A model generated the notes under the pieces. That model was not told where the DNA came from and made no database searches. It was given only the letters and a program-made list of their open reading frames with translations. Positions 13,761 through 29,532 of a DNA stretch of 64,000 nt are shown one piece after another. The DNA comes from Octopus sinensis (Eukaryota). The stretch covers positions 76,198,001 to 76,262,000 of the forward strand of contig NC_043007.1 in assembly GCF_006345805.1 (NCBI RefSeq). The letters are read 5' to 3'. The position numbers were made by a program, and so were the translations under genes. Within the stretch, counting starts at the first letter, position 1. Each line of letters opens with the position of its first letter.

Positions 13761-14109
13761 TGACGTATATATAAACACTCATACACAAAATTTGATATCC
13801 TATTGGAAGGGAGAATGTTAAAGGAATACCACGAAATGCAAGCGTGTGTATTAGATACGAATTTTTCCTAATCACATGGTTCGCATGGTTCCATCGTCAG
13901 TAGCACTATGCTGCATTTTGTGCAAGGGACAGATTGGTGAAAGCCTTGTGAGTGCACATTGGTAGTTGTATAGATATATATCTGTGTATGTGTCTGCGCG
14001 TGCGCATGTATGTATAGACATATATAGTAATTAAAAAATAATAATCCAGGGATGAAATTTATAAATATTTTGATGTTTTAATGATACAACACAGACATCT
14101 AAATTAATA

Positions 14110-14300
14110 TGGTTTCTCTAAGGATAAGCCGGAAATAGTCAGCACATTTTTTTTTTACTTCTGTTAGACATGGTTCCCTTGGGATATTATCTAGATGTTT
14201 CTGACATCCCTTTTTTTTATCATACCTAGGGCACTGACAATAACAGGAATAGTTCTCACTTTAAGAGGTCACATCTTTTGTATTTCAATTTCCAGGTCCT
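14110..14300 (-). mobile_element. 3' fragment of an RLE-type (R4/Dong-like) non-LTR retrotransposon
   Basis: Translates as KDLEIEIQKM*PLKVRTIPVIVSALGMI. Confidence 0.75.
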
Positions 14301-15149
14301 TATGTGGAACGTGTAAACCAAGTTTTATTATTGAAACTTACAATTTTATACTTCAGAACAATTATTTCATATTTTATGACATCTACTATCGACAAAAATG
14401 TGGAATTGCGATGGGAACCTAATAATGAGATATTTTGAATTCACCATATATGAAGTGTCACTGCAAACATATGGATATCCATTTCACCTTTATATAAGAG
14501 AGATAAGATATGCGAAAAGATATGTGGAAGACTGCTGTATCATTTGGAATGAGACCTTTGATAAAAGTTTGAAATTAAAATCAATACTAAATAGTATAAA
14601 CCCTAATATTTAGTTTACAATGGAATATAGCAAAGAACATCCCCCATCCCATTTCTTATATAATCTGATAAAAAGTCAACAACGAAATTGTAACCGATAT
14701 TTATCATAAGCCAACGGAGTCGAAGAAAATATCTTCTTTTTAGCTCATGCCTCGCGAAACACATCAAAAGAAATATTCCCGTTCATTTAACACAAAGACT
14801 TTTTGCAATGGTGTTTGACGGAAATACACGGGACCTTCGTTTTCAAGACCTTATAAAAACACTCACTTATAGATGATAGAATTAAGCGTGCCAGAACAAA
14901 AAGGCATTAGAATACCAAGGGATAACAAACGAAACACCACACCGTATCTCAAAATACTACCGCTTATAACAACTCACAACGCTAGAAACAATGCGGCATA
15001 TAAAGCCATTGTACAAAATCTGTCAATGTTCACTGGGGATCCAAAAATGTACTACCTTCTGAAAACATAAATTCATCAAATGTAAAAAGCAATCCAAATC
15101 GCTGAAAAGACTACTGACAAAAGTAAAGCTTTACACAAAAACCATGAAA

Positions 15150-15505
<356 letters not shown>

Positions 15506-15914
15506 AATGATATTAATTGAGGGTATAAACCCCAAATAAGTGAAATACTTCTGAATAGATAAATATACTCCATACAGTAAAATGTAAACAAACTCCTTCA
15601 ATTAAGTGTAATACAAGTAAATATTTTAAAACCACGTTCCATCTGTAATACAAGTAGAGGTGAATATAAGACCAGAATTCAATTCGATTTTAAAAGTAAC
15701 GCTATAACCTTCAACTGAATACCAACGCAGGAAGCTTGTCCGAATTAATTCACTTTGAAAACGTCGTAAGTGATGGACCCCTGATGAAATTGCAGCGACT
15801 AGGATGCATAATTGCATGCAGAGTAATGTGTAGTTGCTAGCTATATAGCTAGATTGTCCTTTAAACTGTCAAGTAGGGATAAACAGCCCTCTGTGATTCA
15901 TTAACTAATGCATT

Positions 15915-16043
15915 ATCGCCTGATGAAATGAATCAATGATGATCAACCGGATGCCCAAGGATGCTATGGACTATACTGCACTAATTCCCAGAGATATGGA
16001 CTCTGATTTTGAAGTAATCTGATTTGTGGAAACGCGTAGCGAT
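15915..16043 (+). ncRNA. Type I hammerhead ribozyme (Penelope pLTR type)
   Basis: Stem I atcgc/gcgat. CUGAUGA at 15920-15926 and GAAAC-GC-GUA at 16029-16038. Stem II is ~100 nt, closed by atgaatca/tgatttgt. Confidence 0.8.
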
Positions 16044-16096
16044 GTATTAAATATTTATAAATTCCATCCGAGAATTATTATTATTATTATTATTAC

Positions 16097-16169
<73 letters not shown>

Positions 16170-16170
<1 letters not shown>

Positions 16171-16620
16171 TATGTTTGACTTTTGCTTTATGTCTGTACA
16201 AGTTGGCTCCAAGTCTCACCCAGAGACCTCAAGAGACAACAGGTTGGAAGTTCACGTTGTTGTTATGCCTAGTGTGCCATATATTTGGGGTTTTTTTTTG
16301 GTGTTCTACTAGTGAATGTCTAATTAATAAATTAGAAAAAAAAAGGTTTGTTTTAAACCTTGGTGTTACATAGAGAGTATTTTGCGTAGGATATGAGTTC
16401 CCATGAGCACTATCTTTTGAATTTCTGCCGTTTTGGGGTTTCCTGGTATCTGTGTTAGGTAGCAATCAGCCCCTATCGCCATCATTTCCAGGGCACCTAT
16501 GACAAGTATTGTTTTAGTCTTCAGGTTCCACATTTTGCTGATTTCTATTTCAAGATCTTTATATTTGCTCAGTTTTTGGTAGGTCTTGACAGATACGTTT
16601 ATATTGATTGGGACAGTCGA
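16170..16620 (-). mobile_element. 5'-truncated RLE-type (R4/Dong-like) LINE inside (TAA)n
   Basis: Translates as KLSKYKDLEIEISKMWNLKTKTILVIGALEMM...IQKIVLMGTHILRKILS, with (TAA)n on both sides. A ~45 nt 3' end copy lies on the + strand at ~15335-15380. Confidence 0.85.
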
Positions 16621-16679
<59 letters not shown>

Positions 16680-16879
16680 GTCAAGTAACTGAAACAAATT
16701 AAGAATGTGAAAATATATACATGTATATATACATGTGTGTTTGGGCGCGCATGTATGTATGCGTACGTTTGTGCGTGTGTGTGTGTTTGTGGGGTTATAT
16801 ATGTTATACATGTATATACATGTATATACATGTATATACATGTTATACATGTATATAATACTATCATAATACTATCTTT

Positions 16880-18502
16880 GTGGTCAGGTCTCCGCTTGGA
16901 GCTACTGGTAACATGTAACCCAGTACAACCTGTTACATGGTCGGGTCGTTGGCGACTAAACTGGGCAACCCCACCAAGATTTCTTGGTGAGGAGGGTGAT
17001 TGGACACCCAGCAGGACTAAAAACAAAACCTGTCAAAGGCAGAGGAACTCTCTCATGAGTCAATGGCCATCCAAAATCCGGAGTGGAGCCCCTAAGGCGG
17101 TTGGATTGCGCCATGCGTGCCACCTTCCGGCAGCTCCTGCATCTTGGTCTACTCCCAGTTGTCTTGACTTTGTCTTGCCACTGGATCCGGCGCACCAGGA
17201 CGAGAGAGTGAGGCTGATCCTGCGCAAGTCACCCTCACTATAATCCAATTCACGCGCATGTCACGACATCATGACGTCATGACACCATCCCAAAGTCCTG
17301 TGGCGATGGGGAAACGGCGAAGTAGCGGGTGAGGATACACTGGGAGCTGCAGTCGTGAACCCACACACAGGCGGCTCAGGACATGTGGTCGCCCCTCACT
17401 GAACTAAGGCAGCAGTGGAGTCCGGCAGCCTCCTGAGTGACCGAGCAGCCCTCTTCAGGATCGTTCTGCTCGCCTCCCCAGTCGTCAGAGACTTTCTCTT
17501 TGCTGACGACTGCGCCCTTAATGCAATCGATGAGCAGGAGATGCAGCTCGAGATGGACAGGTTCTCATCAGCCTGTGACAACTTCGGTCTCACCATCAGT
17601 GCCAAGAAAACCGAAGTGATGTTTCAGCCAGCCCCCGGCAAACAATACCATGAGCCTCAGATAAGGGTGAACGGACGGATCCTACGAGTGGTGGAAAATT
17701 CACCTACCTGGGCAGCACTCTCTCCTGCAATGCCAACATAGATGCTGAAACCCATCAACAGAATCTCCAAGGCACAGCGCGTTTGGGAGACTTCGAAAGA
17801 AAGTCTGGGAGCGGAGAGGAATCAGCCTCAGCACCAAGCTGAAAGTCTACCGGGCAGTCGTGCTTACCACCCTACTATACGGCTGCGAGACGTGGACTGC
17901 TTACCGAAGGCACGAGCGCCAGATAAACCACTTCCATCTCAGGTGTCTTCGGAACCTCCTTCACATCCGCTGGCAGGACAAAGTCCCAGACACGGAAGTT
18001 CTGAAACAGGCAGATCTCCCTAGCACCATCACAATCATGCGCAAGGCCCAGCTGAGATGGGCGGGCCACGTCTCCCGCATGTCCGACACTCGCATCCCAA
18101 AACAGCTCTTCTACGGTGAACTCGGCCAGGGTAGGCGCAAAGTTGGAGGGCAGAAGAAGCGCTACAAGGATAGTCTCAAGGTCTCTCTCAAAGACTTCTC
18201 CATCGGAACAGAGACCTGGGAGACACTTGCTGCCAACCGCTCATCCTGGCGCAGCGCAATCACCGTGGGAGCAGAGACAGCCGAGGAGGGACGGATTCGG
18301 TCAGCGGAGCAGAAACGTCAGATGCGTAAAGCCAGAGCCGCCTGCACCAGTAGCACGGCCCCTACCCACTTCTGCCCCACCTGTGGGAGGGGCTTCCTTG
18401 CCCGGATTGGCCTCACCAGCCACCTCAGGTCTCATGGCGGCAGTTCCATCAGATGATGTCAGTTGGTCATCTTCGAACCGAAGGACGAACATTATTATTA
18501 TT
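16880..18502 (+). mobile_element. RTE-clade (BovB-like) LINE, internally deleted (5' region joined to RT C-terminal half)
   Basis: Motifs DFLFADDCAL, FGLTISAKKTEVM, LLYGCETW, LRWAGHVSRM and C-terminal CPTCGRGF...HLRSH. (ATT)n tail. Frameshifts at ~17700-17780. GC-rich. Confidence 0.95.
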
Positions 18503-19420
18503 TTATATGTTATCGTAAAAAACCACACATCTCTTAAGATTCGGCTAACCAGGTTTTGTCGTCGAAATAATTTATTTCCTCATTTTTCAAGCTGTTTGTC
18601 AACTGTCAACAGACTAGTGAAAAATGATGAAATAAATTATATCGATTAAGAAAACTCGGATAGCTTTATTTGACGTGTTTTGTGGTTTCTATCATAATAC
18701 TATCTTTACTCTTTATGCCAACTCTGCTAATTTGTAACAGCTTATGCATCGAATAAGCAATAGTAAAATGCGGCAAAGTTTCAATAACCCACGTACCGGA
18801 TCTAGCGAATATTTGCATCTAAATACCAACCAAAGAGATATAAACCGCAATGATAAACGCCAATTACGATCAATTTGTAGTAGTAGAAATACATATGATA
18901 GATTTAACACGGTAACAACGTCGGTAAATGGAGTCGGGACTGCCTTATATACAAATAAATACGATAACTGCTCATGCAGAGAAAAATCAAAATGTCCTTT
19001 GATGAATCTCTGTACGAGTACAAATCTTGTATATAAATGTACGCTGCACACAAGGGGAGGGCCATATACTTACATTGGGCAGACGGATGAGTCATTTAAG
19101 AATCGTTACTGTAACCATGTAGTCAGCTTTAAAACAATCAATAAGAGACATTCAGCATCTTTGGCAGATTTTGTATGGCAATTAAAATATGGATAAAATG
19201 AAGTACAGAGTAAATTGTTCCATAGAAAGGTATGCGAGACTATACAATATAATTTCCAGGGGATGCCGTCTCTGCTCCGAGGAATCCCTGTCTATTCCGT
19301 GGACTACGAGAAGATCATTAACAGAATTTCTAAACGAATTTCGAGATGCCTACACGCATATAAATGCACTTTCGCACAATGCAATAGGAACGATTTAATT
19401 TACTTTAAGATATGGATAAC
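18503..19420 (+). mobile_element. Penelope-like (Naiad-type) GIY-YIG endonuclease fragment
   Basis: NCSCREKSKCPLMNLC..LVYKC...YIGQT..FKNRYCNH, then CRLCSEE and RCLH. CxCx5C linker present. Confidence 0.88.
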
Positions 19421-19779
19421 TTAAGTTTACTTTTAACCTCCCCAATCTTACAAATAAAGTAGAGAGATACCTCGTTTAATGATTATGAGTGCACCAAACC
19501 TCAGGTGTGCGTATGCTGACATTTGTGCGGATGCTTATATGAGCGAATGTACTTGCGCCATGCAGCTTGCCCCAGGGCGTTTATGCACTATAGCATACAC
19601 ACTCATGTACACAAAAAAAAAATTATTTATATAATCTATTCATTTACATTAATGTGTGTGTGTGCGTACGTGCAGACGGCGGGCGTCCGTGTGTGTGTGT
19701 GTGTGTGTGTGTGTATCAGCGTCTGTGCGCGCGCGTGTGTATGCATACCTTTCTGTCTATCAACATTTGCAGATACAAA

Positions 19780-20205
19780 GGTGGCGAGCGGCAGAAACGC
19801 TAGCCCATCGGACTAGATGCTTAGGGGCATTTCGTCCGTCTTCATGTTCTGAGTTCAAATTCCGTCACGGTCGATTTTGCCTTTCATCCTTTCCAAGTCG
19901 ATAAAATAAGTACCAGTTGAGCACTGGGATCTATGTAATTGATTATTTCTCACCCGATATTACTGGCCTTCTGTCAAAATTGAAATCAATATATACAAAT
20001 CTACAGACAACGAGCTAGCAGGGTGGTTAGCATGCCGGACATTTCTTTCGTCCTTAGTTTTTGAGTTCAAACGCCGCCGGGGTCGACTTTGTCTTTCATT
20101 CTTTCAGGGTCAATAAAATAAGTACCAGTTGAACACTGAGGTCGATGTAATCGTGTTTCTCCCTCCACCGGAATCACTGGTCTTGTGCTAACATTTGAAA
20201 CCAAT
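19780..20205 (+). mobile_element. Two old, diverged copies of SINE family 1
   Basis: The gagttcaaa..gtcga.tttg.ctttcat.cttt..gtc.ataaaataagtaccagttga core occurs twice. Confidence 0.8.
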
Positions 20206-21334
20206 ATATACAGGTATACGTGTTTATGTGTGTGGATTATTTGTGTATGTAAATCTCCACTCATCTTCTTCACCCGCTTAATTCCTGGAAGGATTATAGA
20301 GGAAGAACGCTCGATCCTGTCTTCCACCGGGTCCCGTCACAATTAACCATATCCATTTGATTCAGCTGGAACCCGAAAAGAGACTAACCGAGCTCATTGA
20401 TGTTTTCCAGACAACTTGCTCATGATGTACCCCTGGTTTCCTGTCAGTTGTTTTGCCCGCAAAATCTGTCCATTGATTCATTCCTAATATATTCTTACCT
20501 CACTTCTGTAGTATCGGGAATATGATCGGGAAGTAGATGCCCTACCTAGAATACCTCTCTGATGTCCAGGATACGCACACGATACAATAACGTTCTCCAA
20601 GCACTCTTCGTAGGAACCCTATTTCGGCCGTTTCTTTTTCGATTATTAGCCAAGAGGACCAGAACTGCTCTCGTTTATTCTATTTCTTCCATATACTTGA
20701 AGCTACGAAAATGGAGATCTTTCATCGCCGGTAATGTGTATTACACTGGGCACCACAAAGGTTCGTGGTCTTTGATTGTTGGAGGTTTTCACTTATTTGT
20801 AATCATGAAAGATTATGCAATAACCGATTACGCACCTGTTCAACAATGGACGGGATCACATGTGGGTGTGCAGAGAACCGTGGCTGCTTATGTCCATATA
20901 TTTAGGTAGCTGTGGAAATTCCCCAATGTTGCTTATATGCTGAATACTACAACAGAAGAATAAAACACAGACTGTTTGATCCGCCATTCAAGATTACCTA
21001 TTGCAGTTAGAATTATTATTAGTCCGTCTTTAAGTTATGAGGAAGGACACATGCGAGGTTATCTTAAATTAAGACAGGGACTTCTTCGCTACCTTATGTT
21101 TGATTCGGTTGATATATTTCCGAAGTTAAACATTTTAATATACAAAACATTTTAACATACAGAATACACTTCATATTATTACATATACTATACGTTAATG
21201 CAAAAAATATTGTGTTTATTGACTATGTTCAAAATGATCACGGAATCAGTCGTAAACTTGCTAAGGTAGTTACAAAAGTCTATCAAGACCAAGCGCCCAA
21301 GATAAACTGATAAATGGGATCTTGTTTCATTAAG

Positions 21335-21680
21335 ACAATGCTTCAGCACCCAAATCTTTGGTTTCAATGTCAGCATTGCTTGACTGGATTTGAACTGGTT
21401 GGTCACCTATGTTAGTGATTTGGTTCCAACTGATTACCATCTGTTTCCCAACATGAAAAACACTCGGCTGGGCACCATTATCGAATAGATGATGACGTTT
21501 TATCTGCTGTTGGTGACTATTTTGAGCAAACATAATAGCGTCTTCACCAGTGCGATCCAAGCACTGCACGTACTGATGGAAGTGTGGACAGTAAGAGGGA
21601 CTATGTTAAAACATTAACTTCATTTAGTCACATTCCATGAAAGAATTTTGCTTAGCATATGAGCATTTCAGTCGACAAGA
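21335..21680 (+). mobile_element. Mariner transposase C-terminal remnant
   Basis: DLVPTDYHLFPNMK matches the YSPDLAPSDYHLF motif. Confidence 0.75.
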
Positions 21681-21894
21681 GTTAACTGATACTGGTAGCG
21701 CGCTGCAGCTAAAATGCTATTGAGTATAATTTGAAAAGTCTTGTAAATATTCGATGTGAATTAATTCACTTCCATTCTAAAGATTTTGCAATATGACAAG
21801 AGAAAAGTTATTCACTCCAAACCACGATGTTTAGAAATTACATATACGCCCTGCGCGCACACACACACTTCATATTATTACATAATATATATAT

Positions 21895-21978
<84 letters not shown>

Positions 21979-22916
21979 GAACATGAATTAGAGATAAAAC
22001 CACTATTAAGCAACTCAAACACTGATAGACATCAACCAATACATAAATAACAAATAATATAAATATAATTAATATTATATATAATATATATATATAAAAT
22101 ATAAAATTAATTTTTTTTTAACCAAAATGTATAAAAAGAATGATAAGGATATTCCAATACCCCCAAGGAAAGAATATATTTTGAAACTTATTAATAATAT
22201 TAAGGAATTTGTTTCTAGGGTTAAATGGAAAGCCTACTATGATAACTATAATATATCTAATTTTAATGATATTATGAATACTAATGTTTTTATTCAAATT
22301 TGAAATCTAAAAAGAAGTCCCATATAATAGAGATTTACAGATCTTAGAAGATAATATTTGGAAGGTGGTGAAAAATATTAAATTTCATAAATACCCAAAC
22401 AGACATAATAAATATTTAAGAAATTTAGCTATTAGAATTAAAGAAATGAGAAATATGGATGGTATTATTGTACAATCAGATAAAACTAGGAATCTATATA
22501 AATTGAATGTTAAATTATACTATTACCTTTTAGAAAAAGAGATAATTAAAAAATATAAAATTGTTCCAGATAATACACTTTATACTATAAACAAGGCCTC
22601 TAAATTTGTCATGATGAACAATTAGTCGGATAATAAAACTGAACCTTATGTACCTATGCATCTTAGAATTACTTTGAAAGACCATAAAGATAATTTTTAT
22701 TCAGACCCTAAAGTTAGATTAATTTGTCCATGTAAATCGGGCCTTGGTAAATTGAGTAAACTCATTTTAGATAAATATATTAATAAAGTAAATAAATTAA
22801 ACTACCTCAACTTATGGATTAGTAATAATAATACTCTAAATTGGTTTAATAATATTAAAGAAAAAAGCGATATAAATTTATTCAAAAAAGTATAGCTAAT
22901 TATTATTCTTATATTA

Positions 22917-23386
<470 letters not shown>

Positions 23387-24361
23387 ATGAAATTGTGTTT
23401 AATAAGGCCCTAGTATACGCAATGAATAAGGTAGGAAGGACTTTTGACGAGGTTAATGTAATTAAAATGTCTAGCAAATCGTTTATTAGATACAATAATA
23501 AATTATGGGCTAGGAAGGATACTAGGGACTATTTTGATATACTTATGGGGGCACACGATTCTGCACAAGCTACGAATTTGGTAGGTATTTATCTATTATC
23601 TGAACTTCAATTAGAAAATTTAAAACTAGACGGTGGTTTATATAGGGATGACCTTTTATTAATTACAAAGAATTGCACTAATAGGAAGCTAGAATTATAT
23701 AAAAAGAAACTTTATTGTTTCTTTAAAAGATATGGTTTAAGTATTACTATATTTAATGTGAAGTATAATGTAAATTATTTAGATATTAATTTTAATCTAA
23801 TAACGGGTAAAACACAACCATATCATAAATTTATTGAAAACCTTAGATATATATGCTAATAGTAATCACCCACCATCAATTAAAAAATCGATCTAAGTAA
23901 ACGAATATCATTACTTTCTTATGATTTACAGATTTTTAATAAACATGTACCTTATATTTATGAAGCCCTGCGAGAGGCAGGATATAATAATAATATTAAA
24001 TTCTTTAATAAAAATAAAAATAAAAATATTAATAATAATTATAATAATTATGATAGTAATATTAGTACTAATTGTAGTTGTAATATTAATAATTGTAGTA
24101 CTTATGGCAATAAAAATTAAAATAAGAATAGAAATAAGACGAATTTTGATATTAATTCAATAAATGATAATTATAATAATAATTTTAATAATATTAAAAG
24201 GAAATAAAAAAAACGCAATGGTAATAATAATAATAATGATAATAACAATAATAATAATAATAATAATATAATAATAATAATAATAGTGATAATATTAATA
24301 TGATGAATTATAATAGTGCTAATAATAATAATATAATAATATAATAATAATATTAATAATG

Positions 24362-25025
<664 letters not shown>

Positions 25026-28000
25026 AAATTTGGTTAATTGTTCCTTATGGGGCAGAAGTTAAAACCAACATTATTAAAGAGAATTTAGATATTATTGAAC
25101 AATTTCTTCATGATAATCGTAAATATAAAAAAACATTTCTCTAATAATAATCTTGGAGTAGGTTACTCTAACACTAATATTGTAGGTTACATTATTTCTT
25201 CTTTTAACAAATGTAATTTGAATAATTTTCGTAAAACAAAATTTTTAATCATGGCAATAAAAATAAATGATTGTACATGTAGGGATAAAGCAAATTGTAT
25301 GTTTAATAATAAATGTGATTTTAAACGATGTTCTATATAAATGTATAGTTACATTAATTAAATATAATAATAGGAATAATAATAACTTAGACGCCATTTA
25401 TATAGGGTCCACTTCCTCTAAAATAAAATTAAAAATCGCACAGCCTATGCATTCATTTAAAAATTAAAATCATATAAACTCTACAGGGATTAGCAAATAC
25501 ATATGGGGGTAAAATCCCAAAGAACTAGGTATAATTTAAAGTGGGAGATAATTTGTAAGGCCAAAAAATATAGTATAGCTAGCAATTATTGTTATTTATG
25601 TTCTAGTGAGTTTAATGAAATTTTATTTAATGCACTTAATAATTTAGAAAATACACTAGACGAGCATAAAATTAAATGTAGACACAGATTACTTTACTTA
25701 TATAATAAATTTTTACATAAATAGAAACTATATTTAAACCCTTTTTTGTTTCTAATTTGTAGTTATATGTACTAGTATTAATTCTAAAATTTAGTATGTG
25801 ATTTATAATATATATTACATGATTTAATAAGTTTAATTTAATATTATTAAATAAGTAATTAATAATTAAATAAATTAAATAAATGTATTAATTAATGATA
25901 GTAGTGTTGGGTTTGCAATTATGTATGTGGTTTGAGTCTTAGCCAATAAGAGTTAGTTAAAGTTCTTTAAATACTTATAGTTAGATTATATTTAGATGTT
26001 TATTTTATTATTAAATATTTAATATATTTAATGAATATAGATTAACTGATGGTTTACAATTTTGAATGTATAGGATGATAATTTTTTTCTTTATGTAATC
26101 TTTTTTATAATGTTGATATGTACTTTATTTATTCAATTAAAGAACGAAGTATTCGATCTAAATATAAATTAGTTTACCTATATAATAAGTTTAATTTGTT
26201 ATTGTTAGCATTTGTTTTGAGTATTAATATTATATATAATATATATTTATTTTATACTACAGTCAAGTATATAGTTTGTAATAAATTTATTAAATTAATC
26301 AATATGCATGTATTGTTTATATATTTCGGTGTAGATTTATTTAGATGTTTATTTAATTAATATTATATAATGAATTTTGTTAGAATATAGTTTTATATTA
26401 ATTAGTGGTCATAATATAGATAATGTTTGAATTACTACTGAATTAATTTTGAATGTGATGTGTCTAATAGCTATTTTTTATTTTATTTAAATATAGATTT
26501 GACTACAACGTTACCTTTTTTATATAAATTTAATTAATTTTTATATGATATTTGAGTATATACAGTAATTGGTAGTTATATAAATTATTTAATTTATAGA
26601 GTATTGAGTATAATTTATTGTAGTTATTTTTAATTGTAAATTTTATAATATATAGTGATTTTATATCTTATAGTGACTTTGTTCTCTTTAACTATTATAA
26701 CTAAAATATAGCCGTATTTTCCATTGATAATATTTATTCATAATTTTCATTGAAAAAATATATTCCTAGTTATTGTTAAAAGAATTTTCCCTCTGTTTAT
26801 TCTATTTCTGTTAATAAAGTAATTTCATGAGTATTCTTAAAAAAGCTTAAAAGATGTTTTCTGTTTTAAAATTTTAGTTAATGACACGATTTTTGAAAGC
26901 TAAGTAAACCCTTTCTATTTAACATTTTTAAAGATATTTTAATAAGTTTTATTGCATTGTATTGTATATTATATAACTACTGATTGTTAATTTTATTCTA
27001 TAATTATTTAGGTGTTGATGATATGTATTTACTTATTAGATTATAACTGTACGTTATTTGTAAGATTATTGCTAAGCCAACGAGATATGTAGGTCGTAAA
27101 ATAGTTATACAGTTCTTTAAAGATAGGTTATACGTTTATAATTTGATTATTCATCATTAATTTTTTAATGTATTTCAAAAATATATTATATTAATATTTA
27201 ATATTTATGTAAGTAATATTGGACTAATTAATTTATTTATTTTTCATTTTATGTCTATATATTTATTGATAGCGTAAATTTTAGATTTTAATTACAATAT
27301 TTGTTGATAATAATTTAGTTATTATTTTTAAATATTTCATAATTATTAGATGTGAACTTAAATCTAAAAATATGAATAGTGATTACTTAGTTTCATAATT
27401 TAGTAATTAAATATTGGACTATAAATGAGTTAAGGATATTTGTGAGTTTATTATGTTTCTTTACATTCATATTATATCTTCATAGATATCTCTAATAGAG
27501 ACTTTGTTCTCTTTATATATTATAGCTAAAATATAGCTGTATTTTCCATTGATAATATTTACTTCTAATTTTTATTGATAAAATATATTCGAAGTTTTTA
27601 TTGTTAAAAGAATTTTCCAACTGTTTATTATAATTTTAGTTAAGGATACGTTTTTTGAAAGCTAAGTAAACCTTTTCTATTTAAGATTATTGCAGATATT
27701 TTAATACGTTTTATTGTATTGTATTGTAAAATATATAACTAATGATTGTTAATTTGATTCTATAATCATTTTGTTGTTGATGATATGCATTTAATTATTG
27801 GATTATAACTGTACGTTATTTGTAAGATTTTACTTAGCCAACGAGATATATTGATCGTAAAATAGTTATACGGTTCTTTTCAGATAGGTTATACGTTTAT
27901 AATTTGATTTTTAATCTTTAATTTTTTATGTATTTCATAAATATATTATATTAATATTTAATATTTATGTAAGTAATAATGGATTAATTAATTTATTATC

Positions 28001-28200
28001 TTCATAGATAAATACATATCTCTATCTATTTTTTTACCTTGAAATTAAATATTTAACATAAAAAATGGGCTGTATGACATAATCCTAATGTTTTAAACTT
28101 CTAATTTAGACAATGGAAATTTTTATAAGAAAAATTATTTTATTTATTTCTTAAAAAATATTGTTTAACTCTATTTGGTTATTTATTTAACTATTTTCAT

Positions 28201-28296
28201 TAACCTGATGATTGAATATAATTTAACTCGAATTTATTTCAATTAAATTTAAACTTAATGAAATTCGAATTTAATTATAGCCATGAAACCTACTTA
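28201..28296 (+). ncRNA. Degenerate hammerhead motif in the Penelope 3' pLTR
   Basis: CUGAUGA at 28205, long stem tgaatataatt/aattatagcca, GAAAC at 28285, decayed cleavage arm. Copy B (~59408) has CUGAAGA but has lost GAAA. Confidence 0.55.
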
Positions 28297-28517
28297 GTGT
28301 TTTTATTTATTATATTATATTTTTTATTCTTTTAATACATTTTGGTTTTAAAAAAAAATTCATATTTTATATACATATATTATATATTATATTAATTATA
28401 TTTATATTATTTGTTACTTATGTATTGGTTTATGTCTATCACTTATTGAGTTGCCTAATTGTGGTTTTACCACTAATTGATATTTTATATATTTATACTG
28501 TATATATATGTATATAT

Positions 28518-28595
<78 letters not shown>

Positions 28596-28842
28596 CTCTC
28601 TCTCACGTTTACTATATATATATATAATTAATTATATATATGTAATTAAAAGTATTAATAATGAAATCATGAGACGTAGGTAATCGATATATTTTATAAA
28701 TTTTCATTTGATTTGCTCATTTTTTACATTTTGTCATTTGCTGGGTTTTTTTCTTGAGAACACACTCTTTGTGGCAAGACGATTTGTCGTCTATCTCTAG
28801 CGTATAGGAATCCACTTTAGTGGTCATTCCTCTTAAGAATTG

Positions 28843-28885
<43 letters not shown>

Positions 28886-29499
28886 CATATACATACATAC
28901 ATACATACATACATACATGCACATTAAAGCGCCTGCACACACAAAAACTCACACTCAAATATATATATATATATATATATAGTGTTTGAAATGGTATACA
29001 AATTTTGCATATTGAGAAAAGAACTTTGAGACAATTCTTTATTAGCACTTTCGTTTTTTTAACCGAACTCTTCGAGACAAAAATTAATACCAAAGTGATA
29101 AAAACAGAACGCTTCTTCGTTCTTTCATGTGAATTGAATGTTTTTCGCTTTGTTCATAAGCAGAGTAATTTTTTTGTCTTTTTCTAGGGAGGGAAACAGA
29201 GAGAAAGATAAGGCCCATGACAATCGAAAAAGAAAAAAAATAGAGGGGAAAAAATTGACAGAGAGAGAGAGAGAGAAAAGTTCATTCAATTATATTGTTC
29301 GTTTTGGAATCAAGAGAGGAAGAAAAAAGAAAATATTTTCGGGAGCAGGACAATCGAGTAAGAGGAAGAAAAATATATGCGCGTGGACGCGTGTGTGTGG
29401 ATGCATAGATGTATATGTGTGTATATATGAGTATATACGAGTGTTGGTGTTTGTATGTGCATGTAAGGTTATACACATGCATATATATATATATGTTTG

Positions 29500-29529
<30 letters not shown>

Positions 29530-29532
<3 letters not shown>

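Noticed and set aside
18116-18649. 177-aa ORF and other overlapping ORFs in the RTE
   Set aside because: These are alternative frames of GC-rich TE sequence.
25260-25724. Selenocysteine-encoding Naiad
   Set aside because: The conserved Cys positions here and at ~18965-19215 use TGT/TGC, with no in-frame TGA at those sites.
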